Assembly: GCA_040143965.1 (NCBI GenBank)
Contig: JASJQH010000003.1
Span: 53,280-73,279 of the forward strand
Length of the DNA stretch: 20,000 nucleotides
Direction: 5' to 3'
Source: Basidiobolus ranarum
Taxonomy: Eukaryota
Part shown: piece by piece, positions 10,352 to 20,000 of the stretch
Numbering within the stretch: position 1 is the first letter of the stretch
Layout: each line of letters begins with the position of its first letter
Position numbers and translations under genes: made by a program
The notes under the pieces: model-generated
The model's database searches: none
What the model was told of the DNA's origin: nothing
The model's input: the letters and a program-made list of their open reading frames with translations, nothing else

Positions 10352-12361
10352 ATCTTCAGCTTCCTCAAATAAACGCTGACTATTCAAAGGATAGTGTGAG
10401 TAATTACTAACTATAGAATATGTTTATCCTACTCTTTCGCCACAAAAATCGTATTGTAAATCGTCGTGTGAAACAAAAATGATAAATTATTGACTGCTCC
10501 TTAAATATCTCCACTCGGGATGGACTTGCTATTGTACTTTTTCCTCTGAGGTAAATACCCTAATTTCAGCCTCATCATACTAACTGTCTTTGAATGCTTC
10601 ACTTATATGCTGGTCCATTCCGGTGAAGCATATTTACTTCATGGCCAAAGCTGGACATTTTGGATAGTATGTTACATGGATTCGAGAAGTTGTTCGGAAG
10701 ATATTTGCCACCATACTGGTACAATGCTTGAAAAATATTTACTTGCTATAAGGTAAAGTGCTTAGATAATTATATGAACTAGTACTATGTTGAAGTACAC
10801 AGCATACCAATGTTACCAAAAAACCTGGCACATATATTCCTACCGTTATTTCCTTGGTACTTGACTAAATGATTGCGATCTCCATCCGATTGTTGTCTCC
10901 ACACGGAGAACTGCGGTGTAACGCATTTCTCAGAACGTCACATATAATTGGTTTTGATTTGAGTCATCAATATCGCCAGGAATACGACTTGAGCTGGGCA
11001 CTTCAGTGTGTACTTTAATAGTATGACGTTCCGATTGGAATCTAGATATAAATCTAAATATAAATAGCAGAAATTAGATTAAGATAGTAGGCAAGATGAC
11101 TTCTTTTTGGGTAAAGCTCACTGACTGACTCGCTATTGAATACATATCTAGGAAAATAATCAAAATTGTCTTATTACTTTCTGCATGGAAAATACGTAAA
11201 ATACTAAATATTTAACTTGGATCATGGTAACTTACATGGTTTGTCAAATTACAATCCAGGATCTTATATTTTGTTCCAGCTGATCCGAGCGTAGTATTTT
11301 AAGCGATTAGACGTTCGTGTCCAAGAACAACATGAAATATTAACCATCAGGCAACCATCAGGCACAGTAGGGTCGGAATAGTTAGAGTTAGCCAAAATGG
11401 TATACAGATGGTCTGTGCTAACAGATTCTTGAATGATTACTCGATGTTAAACTTTCGATCTTATAGGCAAATTGCTACATAAGGCCATGCCCACGATTAA
11501 TGGAACTGATTGCCCATGATCTTAATGAAGCGCCTATTGGGTGGCCTTAAGGTCTGCGCATAACATTATGAAGATAATAATATATAACAAAATACTCCCT
11601 CACTCCAGGTAAAAGAGATATGAAAATTGGTGATGGACCTTTAGAGAGGTCTAGTCATTCATGTCTACTATGTGTAAGACAGCCCAAGTTACTCAAAGAT
11701 CAACATTTCGTATTTAGATTTCATTAAACGTGTTTGTAAAATTGTTAGTATTGAATCTGCATACTAAACTTGCTTAATTGATTGTCTTCAAATCTAGATT
11801 GATGTAATCTCGATTGTCAACTGGTTGCTTCTTTTATTTCTTAACCTCATAATTAAAAGCGTAACTCACTTTAAAGTGTACATCAAACAACTAAGTTCCT
11901 GCTTTCTCGTAGATCTCTGTTCAATATCTTCCAATTGATCATGCGTATATCTGAACAGAATAGGGCACGTGGTTACTATTTCCTGCTTGTATCATTATCT
12001 TTCAGCGGTACAAGCGATGAAATCCTTTCATGATCCAAATGGTGCAGTCCATTGGTTAGAAGTAATCATATTAGTTATATATGTCTATAACTTAGCTAGT
12101 AAGTAATCAGAAATTTTGGTTTTCAAATAATTAATTAAATAGTGAATGCGCAAATCAGTTTGAACACGTTTCTTGAAATTCTAAGTGTAACCTAGCAAAT
12201 TATCATTTTACTTGGGTGTTGTTGTGAGCCAACGAGCATGCGATAGAGTGGTTTTGATTTGTCTCGTTTACTTGCTAGTTACGCAAAGTGAGCTTTTTGG
12301 CACATGTCGAGTATATTTCATTCATTGGGTGAGATATAGAGTCTCTGATGTGTTCACCAAG

Positions 12362-12369
12362 TATATAAA
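12362..12369 (+). promoter_or_regulatory. Putative TATA box of the phosphoesterase gene
   Basis: TATATAAA ~50 nt upstream of the ATG at 12418. Confidence 0.5.
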
Positions 12370-12417
12370 GTCACATCTGGTCCAAGATGTTCTAACAAGC
12401 TCAAGCGTTTTTTAGAA

Positions 12418-14780
12418 ATGAAGTCTATTACCGCCCTGATCGCACTTTGCAACGTAGTAGCCATGGTTTTGGGTAAATTTGCCTGCTTGAGTTTCATGTA
12501 TTCTGGCCCTTAGTAACACTTTTCTTTTAGCTAAGCCGATTCAAGACGATGGTAGTGCATACATCACCGATATTAGTCTCAAGGCATGCGATCGCACAAG
12601 CTGCGAGCTCCCTGAACCCTGGCATCGTATTCCTTTAGACTTGAATAAGGGCGCTGGAGGAAAATACATCTACCTTCACTACCGCAAAGAGTCCGGAGCG
12701 CAACCTTTAACTAATATAATCCTTCTTAAAGACACAGACCAAGTTCCAAACGGTTACAAAAAATTGGATGTGAATGTGAATGAGGGTTCTGTAGCTCCCA
12801 AGAGATATCTCGCTTACACAAATGGTCTGGTTGCTGGTGCACCTATCCAAAATTTGTTGGTGAAAATAGGAGCTACCCCACATGCTTTAGATGGGTATCG
12901 TACATATGATTTCAATTTGAATGAAGGCGCAGGTAATAAGCACCAATTTTTATGATAAAAGGTTCATAAAGATTAACATTTCACTACTTCAGGAGAAAAG
13001 GTGAGCCTTTTCTACCAGCCTAAAGTGAAGGATGGTAAGGCAATTTATGCTATCATTAGACTGTATACTAGTTATCTAAACCATCGCAGTCCCTATATCA
13101 GATATCACCGTCGAGGCTTGCGATAGTGCTAACTGCGAGAAAGAGGGCTGGATTCGTTCTGATCACGATCTAAATATCAATGCTGGTGGAAAATTCGTTT
13201 ATCTGTTCTATAAGCAAGGGCAAGGAAAGCGTATCACTAGTATTAAAGCCTCAACTAACACCTCAATCCGAGGATACGAGCGCATCCCTACTGACTTGAA
13301 TATTGGAACCAAAGGGCAACCTGTTTATCTTTTCTTTAAGAAAGGTTCAGGAAAGCCTATATATTCCATTACGTTTGAAAGTGGCAAAGATTTAGTTGAT
13401 CCTTTTGGATATACCAAAGTAGAGCAGGATCTCAACGTGGGAACAGGTGCTGATGAGGTGTACCTTTATTATAGATCGAAAGAAGCAAGTAAGTAGCTCC
13501 GACCCTGCTTACACTACGTCTTCACTCTAACACTGAAATTCCACTTCATAATATTAGAATTACCCAAAGTTCCGAAGTTGAAGTTCCATCGGGATGGTAC
13601 ATTCAAAATCCTCCAGTTGGCCGACCTTCATATGACTAGTCATCGAAGTGCATGCTATAATATTCCATCAACGACTGAGGTAAGCCAGCGAGCCATAAAT
13701 GACCTTGAATGTCGCTTCTTCAACCTTAATATTCATCTTGTATTATCATGATCAAGTGGAGCAATTGCACTAACCTAAAAACATTCGAATTCGCCGAACG
13801 AATGATCAAAGCTGAAAAACCTGACATGATTGCTTTTACTGGTGACAATGTGATGGGTTCACGTGATCCCAGAGCAAGTGTTCTCAAATATGCTAGTCTA
13901 GCAGCCAAGCACAAAATCCCATGGGTAAGCAAAGTTATATGTACAGTCTATTTAGAATTCATATTTACGCATGCGAAGGCATTTGTCCATGGTAATCATG
14001 ATGACGAAGCGGATCTATCTCGTCTTGAGCTTACTCAAACTGCCCTCTCCGTTCCATATAATCTTGGCCGAAATGGACCATATAGCTTATTTGGCTCCGG
14101 GAATTACTTCACTCAGATCACCAATTCCAAGTACGTGAAGTTTTATGTATTAGATCAGATTGTTGTCTAACTGTTACATTCATATTCATCTGTTAGAGGC
14201 CAACCCGGATTCACTCTATACTTTGTAGATTCCGGGGCCTATAACCTTGATGGCCCTGGATACGACTTCATCAAAGATAATCAGGTGAATTGGTTTAAGG
14301 AGGCATCTAAAAAACTAAGCAATCGAAAAGGCCAGAAGCCCAATGCTATTGCTTTCTGGCATATTCCAACCACGGAGTACGCCGAAGTATCAAAGGTACC
14401 TGAGAAGCAAGTTGGCAATAAGGGAGAAGCTGTTTCCAGTGCTAAAGTGAAATCTCCTTGGATTGACGCACTGCATGAATGTAAGATAATGTTAATTAAA
14501 TACACTAGAGTTTCATGCTAATTTCTCTCATTCACTAGCGGGTGACGTTAAAATGACAATTGTTGGTCATGATCATGTAAATGACTATTGTTTTCCCTTC
14601 TCATCTATGCAATTATGCTATGGTGGAGGTACTGGTTACGGAACTTACGGAGCTACAGACAAAGGTTGGGATCGACGCTCTCGAGTTATTGAAATCTCTA
14701 AAAATGGTCAAAATATCAAAACCTGGAAGCGTAAAGATGACGTCAACCTGACTACTTTTGATCCACAAATCATCCTTTAG
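12418..14780 (+). CDS. Secreted calcineurin-like metallophosphoesterase (DCR2/SIA1-like) with two N-terminal MABP-like beta-prism modules (~621 aa, 9 exons)
   Basis: Exons 12418-12472, 12531-12932, 12993-13034, 13090-13488, 13558-13679, 13757-13924, 13979-14130, 14197-14480 and 14539-14780 sum to 1866 nt in frame. Signal peptide MKSITALIALCNVVAMVLA|KP. Six DLNxGxG..YLxY-type repeats. All five metallophosphoesterase motifs are present: FKILQLADLH, FTGDN, GNHD, FWHIP, GHDHVND. C-terminal CYGGGTGYGTYG..RRSRVIE is typical of the DCR2 group. Confidence 0.9.
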
Positions 14781-15761
14781 ATTGCTATGAATTAGCACCA
14801 ATTAGCTTAGAATAAATAAATTCATATAACGACGGTTGTTGTTTACTTGAGTGTATAATGAAGTAATTCTCACACCTTTGTTTCGATCTATCAGTGTTGG
14901 AATCATGTTGCATTTGACATACAGAACACTAAACGTAATGACATGTATCGTTTGTATAGAAATTTACAAAGAAAATTCCTTTTTACACTCAGGTACTGTT
15001 ATCATGATATTAGTCTTTAAACTGAATGCTGCAACAGACATAAAAATATGTTTACCAACATAGTCAATTTCTAATCACTTACACGTGCATATAATCTCAT
15101 TACAACAATTGGGCATGTGCATATTTTACCAGTCTATTTTACAGACCTTTGAATCTAAACTACAATATTGAGAAGTGAAATAATATCAGTGATGTAAATT
15201 ATTAAATGTTGCCAGAAGTGCTCATATATTATGTGCCTAATGAGCAAAGCATTAATCAGAGGATTGAATAATGTATCCTATAGTAGGTACTATTGGTGTT
15301 ACTAAGTTCGTAAATTATTATGAACACACTAACGCCTGACATGACACGACGTCCTCTCAGAATGAACCCAATATGCTGAACCAGGTTCCTCTTTGCGAAT
15401 GTGCTGATATACATTTAATATAGTATTCTTAGTAGTTCACAACCTGTGAATATTGGGCTTTTGTGGTTCTGGATCTAATCTTACACGTGTAGGTATCCAT
15501 CTCTTCTTGGAAATGTCGATAGAAATATATTACTTCATCGACTCAAGTATAACTGATTTAGATATCAGTACATCGTCGAAGTATACCACTAATTGGCGAC
15601 TTTAGTATGCAAAATTTAGTAAAAAATCACTTATTACATTCAAGTACTGTTAACCTTGTATTAGTCTTTCAACTGAACACTGTATCAGACATAGCAATAG
15701 CTTTTTATATATAACATGCTCATTGCACACTGGGTCAATACAACAAAACTGAAACGAAAAA

Positions 15762-16259
15762 TTAAGCACCAAAGACTTGAGTCCAGTAGTGTCTATTGGC
15801 AACATAACCAGATCCAAAAGAGGTGAATTGAGAATTGAGAATGTTTCGTCGATGTCCAGCTGAATTCATCCAACCTTCCATGACAGTCTCGATACTAGTA
15901 TACCCCTGAGCTACGTTTTCTCCGATAGATCTCCATTTGAAACCAGTTTCAGTAACCCGGGTACTCAAAGGTCTTCCAGGTTCGTCGTGAGTCATTTGGC
16001 CTACACGAGCTTGATAATCAGTATGCTTTTGAGCCGCTTGTACCAAACGATTGTCCAGTTTAAGTGGTTTAACTCCATTTTGTTGACGCTGCTGGTTAAC
16101 TAGAGTGAGCATCTTTTGAAGATCTCCATTGCCTGATGCGTAAGTTTTCACTTTCCTTTGACGTCTGTTGACATAACTGACATCTTGGGAACCAGCAATA
16201 ACTAGTATCACTTGAGAAAGTACAAAGGTTAAGCAAATTATGATTGACCAGCTTTTCAT
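15762..16259 (-). CDS. Secreted CAP/SCP/PR-1-like protein, bacterial (YkwD-like) subtype, 165 aa, intronless
   Basis: Signal peptide MKSWSIIICLTFVLSQVILVIA. CAP motifs LVNQQR, AAQKH, MTH, GENVAQG, WMNSAGHRRNILN, YWTQVFG. TATAAAA lies ~100 nt upstream. Confidence 0.92.
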   Translation of the reverse strand: MKSWSIIICLTFVLSQVILVIAGSQDVSYVNRRQRKVKTYASGNGDLQKMLTLVNQQRQQNGVKPLKLDNRLVQAAQKHTDYQARVGQMTHDEPGRPLSTRVTETGFKWRSIGENVAQGYTSIETVMEGWMNSAGHRRNILNSQFTSFGSGYVANRHYWTQVFGA

Positions 16260-19251
16260 ATTGCTTAGTAGAATTGATTAGTAAAGGGGTTGGTTTACTT
16301 AGGGTGGGGAAAGGAAAGGTTGGTTTACTGGACTATTGAGGTGCCCTTTCCTCATTTTATACAGTTTATGACTTCACCTTGCTCTTGTGCACAAAATGAA
16401 TTCGTGAATCGGTTGCTTTCCTAATAAAGATTTTATTCATACTACTACTTTTTAAAATCATGGTCCTACTGGATACTACACCAAGCATGACCAGTACACT
16501 TTCTAACTTTATTGTATATAGAGGAGCAATGAATGAAATCCCAAAGAATGAGCAAAAACTATATCTACAAATCACAACGCTCATATGCAGCAATTACTAC
16601 CAACACCAACCCCACACCCAAAAACAATCATCTAAAGGCACCGTCAATCAATTAATGTGATTAATGCGTTGCATAACTAAATCCGTGTCCTAGTCTAGAT
16701 TTGCGATATCAGTGTATTGCCAGCCCGGGTCACTTTAGGTATGCATTTATTGATAAAGTGTGCATGAATAGTTGTGTGGATACCGTAACCATGATTGTTG
16801 CACTTAGTGTTGCTCATTTCTATATTAAGTACGCAATAGGCTAAGACTAATTGGTCGAGATCAAATTCAATATTTCTTCATGTTAAGTATAATTTGATGA
16901 CCACTTGAACACTATGCCTTATTTCTTATCTGATAATATTTGATATGCATGCAATTAATGCTGATAAATCATTCGCTTGGTAAGTATTGGAATGAGCAAA
17001 ATACCTAATAAAACTCCACTCAGTGAGTTAGTACATAGCATGTAGACTTGCAAAGAAAAGACTGCACGAGCATTTGGAAAGACAGGGACTTACTGCTCAT
17101 GTGGGAATATGATTGTAGTCTCAACCATAGAAAGAAAATAAAGCTATAGAAAATAATGTAGTGAGAAAAATCGATAGAAATAACAGTTCAGCATGGTTCG
17201 AAGCTTGGGAAAGTGTTACTCTGCTCAAGTGGTGTGCATTTATAAAGTAAGAAGAAAATTGGTTTTGGTTAGGTTTTGGTTGTACAGATAAATCGTTGTG
17301 GTGTGTAACAAACATTAACACGAGACCAACAGCGGGTATACAAATCACTCCTTGATTGATCTTATCATTAGTGTATCATGGTTGCATTCAGAATATAGGC
17401 CTTTCTCCATCCATCGAGTACAAGGGTGCTTAGGCTAGGTAACACTGCAAATCATAGCTTGGGAGAGCTTTCAAGAATAAAGACATGGTCTTTATGCAAG
17501 TGCCTTCTACATGTCAATGCAAGGTTCGAAATGAAATTCATGTAGATTTAATGGAGCGCCTTTTGATGGAGGAATACTTCTGAAGAATACTTCACCCTGA
17601 CTTCATGGGCTAGTAGGAATACGAGAGACTCCTTTTACATATTCTCCAAGATGGAATGTACTGGGTCTATGTGTTCTTCTTCAACATTTGTAGTGGTGGG
17701 TGCCTTCATGATGTCAAATATTTATGTGGAGTGTTTGATGCTGACTACAATCGTGCTTTTGAATCATGAATCAAGTGATAATTGATGTTGTATTACCGAT
17801 GGTTGTACCTGGAATTGTACACTTATGGTTTATTGTCATTAGAATCGGCTTCGTTCACACCAATTATGATCCAAGCAATCCGAAGCAATCTCATATTCAT
17901 TGATTTCCAGGAGAAATGGTACAGGCCTGGTCTGGGATGAGATGAGATTGAACTCTGTCGTGTGCTTGGTAGCATAGGAAAAGCAGCTTATGTTAGTTGA
18001 GTTAGTACAAATGACCGTCTCTGGTAAAACTCCTCTAGCTCACCAAGAAACTGAGGTTTTTAGCGATAATTTCACGACTAAAGACGTCATGCATTTAGGC
18101 GTCTCTTTAAATTTCTTTTCGATTGACAGAATAGACTAAAATACATGAAAATCCATCGCACCAGGGTATATGTTACATAAATAGGGTCAAGGTCAGCTGA
18201 GCAGATGGAGTTCTGCTTGGTTTCCATTTATAAGGAAGCACTATTGAGTCATGCGCCGAAGATTCTAACGATTAGGTAAACTAGTTTTGGAACTGTAGGT
18301 CAATATCTGATAGATATCTAAGTAATGATCTGGTTCGCTATCTCGTGAGACAGTCACAGGTGATTTATTTCTCATCTTTCTCTCAATTGAATAGAAAATC
18401 ACTTCTTATTCAACCGAAGATTTAACCGAGATATTTCTCGTGAGTGGATTCATGGTAGAACAAAATCTACTGATTCAGATACTACTTTCACAGTGATTCA
18501 GACAAGTAGTCCACGAGTATTGAGCCAATTCACATTAGACGAGCGTTCACCTTGGACAAGCATTCGCATGCCACTCGATTGTATTGGCTGACTAGAGACA
18601 GAATGGGATTTGTTTGTGTACTGGGTCATCTATTCAGGAGTCAAAGGATCTGGGAAGATATCCCTGCTGTATGTTCACATTTCATAACAAACATTTCGCC
18701 ATACTTCCAGACACTTCTCTTTATTTCAGACACATCTCTTTAAACGTGAATAGTAGTTATATGCTTGAATAGAGAGTGTGTTGATTCACTGATAGCGCGA
18801 CATGAGAATGTTAGATGAAACTAGATCAATAATATCTCACGTTGCTTGTGACTTAATCTCACATTACTCAACCATCAATAAAACGTGTCAGTATTTATCT
18901 CGCACTATTTGTGTCAGCCATGTTACTGACATTAATATTGATTGTATTAAACGAGTAATTGTCAATACTGTACTACAATAGATTCTAGGCCCATCTATAA
19001 TAGCATAAAGAGAGCACATGTGAACCAGATATTGGAATACATAGTAATGGGATCTATAACGAAACAATTTGTTCTAAGCACCAAGTAGTTTGTGTGTAAT
19101 TTATCACGCTAAGAAATGACCAAACACGTAGGAATCAGTGAGAGTAAGGAATGGATCTGAGCCAAAAAGGCTTAGACTAAGAGGGTTAATTCACATAGAG
19201 TTTAAACCTTATTTCAAAGGACTGACTCATCAGTATTTATTATTAAACTAT

Positions 19252-19333
19252 ATGGTACTCCTAGGGTTAGGTAAACATGGTACTCCTAGGGTTAGGTAAA
19301 CATGGTACTCCTAGGGTTAGGTAAATATGGTAC
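19252..19333. repeat. 25-bp minisatellite, 3.3 copies (ATGGTACTCCTAGGGTTAGGTAAAC)
   Basis: Copies at 19252-19276, 19277-19301 and 19302-19326 (one mismatch at the last base), plus a partial copy at 19327-19333. Confidence 0.95.
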
Positions 19334-19497
19334 GGTTGATCACTGTATTCTAAATCCAAACTCAATATGGATGAGAAAGACGAGATCACCAAGTAGATGA
19401 GGTAATACACCTATGTTTCTCATGGTCGGGTGTGGCTTATTGTCGAGTGAGGCTTGACCTATTACCCATGGTATGTGTGCAAAGAAGCTTGTGGAGC

Positions 19498-19505
19498 TAT
19501 AAATA
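19498..19505 (+). promoter_or_regulatory. Putative TATA box of the MFS transporter gene
   Basis: TATAAATA ~60 nt upstream of the ATG at 19563. Confidence 0.5.
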
Positions 19506-19562
19506 AGGTGTTGACTGCTCATTCTATTCTCAAGCTACATTCATTTGACATTGAAGTCGCAA

Positions 19563-20000
19563 ATGTCCCAAATCTTCCGTCCAGAAAGTGAGAAAAATGC
19601 TCGCCCAATCACTGCAGCAACCGAGGATGGTTCTGTGAATTATGTTACCTCATCGAATCGTGTTATTGCATTCATTCAATGGCATTACGGCACTACCACT
19701 AATAACAGAACTCCCGAACAGATCGAGAAAGAACGTTATCTTTACGGGGATGTCGTCTTCAACCGTTGGTTACTGATGCCAGCCGCAGTATTAATTCAGT
19801 TCTGTTGTGGTTCACTATATGCATGGAGTGTATTTAACAGTATGATTGATTTGCATGTAAGTGGTGATAAAAACGCCGGTTTAGCACCCAACACCTTCTC
19901 TATCGCAGTAGGGATGTTTGGTCTATCTTCTGCCACTATGGGCCCCTGGCTCGAAAGAAACGGTCCTAGAAAGGGAGCACTCCTCTCGGCGAGTCTTTTC
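19563..20000 (+). CDS. MFS transporter, oxalate:formate antiporter (OFA/YhjX-like) family, 5' part; runs off the right edge
   Basis: Open frame of 146 codons from the ATG at 19563, absent from the ORF track because it has no stop in the window. Translation: MSQIFRPESEK...FNRWLLMPAAVLIQFCCGSLYAWSVFN...TFSIAVGMFGLSSATMGPWLERNGPRKG. GxxYAWSVF in TM1 and MFS motif A (GPWLERNGPR) are OFA-family hallmarks. Confidence 0.88.
   Translation, partial: MSQIFRPESEKNARPITAATEDGSVNYVTSSNRVIAFIQWHYGTTTNNRTPEQIEKERYLYGDVVFNRWLLMPAAVLIQFCCGSLYAWSVFNSMIDLHVSGDKNAGLAPNTFSIAVGMFGLSSATMGPWLERNGPRKGALLSASLF

Noticed and set aside
11342-11363. 11-bp tandem duplication (aaccatcaggc x2)
   Set aside because: Too short to be meaningful; likely replication slippage.
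16366-18743. Short ORFs and a possible degenerate transposon in the gap between the CAP and MFS genes
   Set aside because: I could not identify transposase, RT or integrase motifs, terminal repeats or target-site duplications.
10960-19229. TGACTCA/TGAGTCA (Gcn4/AP-1-like) sites at 10960, 18245 and 19223, and scattered GATA sites upstream of the guanine deaminase
   Set aside because: A 7-mer on two strands is expected about 2-3 times per 20 kb by chance, and GATA is common in AT-rich DNA. Enrichment cannot be shown.
19252-19333. 25-bp repeats as a CRISPR array
   Set aside because: Units are directly adjacent with no spacers, the context is eukaryotic and there are no cas genes.

Overview
Eukaryotic, AT-rich, intron-dense fungal DNA with short 50-80 nt GT-AG introns. 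The style suggests an early-diverging fungus such as a Basidiobolus-like Zoopagomycota or a Mucoromycota; this is inference. From left to right: the 5' part of an OSCA/TMEM63 (RSN1/CSC1-like) channel gene (-), then a 12-exon MAT2B/RmlD-like SDR gene (-). Five consecutive genes with predicted signal peptides follow: a 150-aa 4-Cys protein (-), a 292-aa Met-rich repeat protein (-), an intronless guanine deaminase (-), a divergent 9-exon DCR2-like metallophosphoesterase with six beta-prism (MABP-like) repeats (+), and an intronless bacterial-type CAP/SCP protein (-). The window ends in the 5' part of an OFA-family MFS transporter (+) that the ORF track missed. Non-coding features are an (AC)n microsatellite, a diverged ~209-bp tandem duplication and a 25-bp x3.3 minisatellite. 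The most notable observation is an apparently secreted guanine deaminase, normally a cytosolic enzyme, head-to-head with a secreted phosphoesterase. This is a candidate extracellular purine/nucleotide scavenging module.
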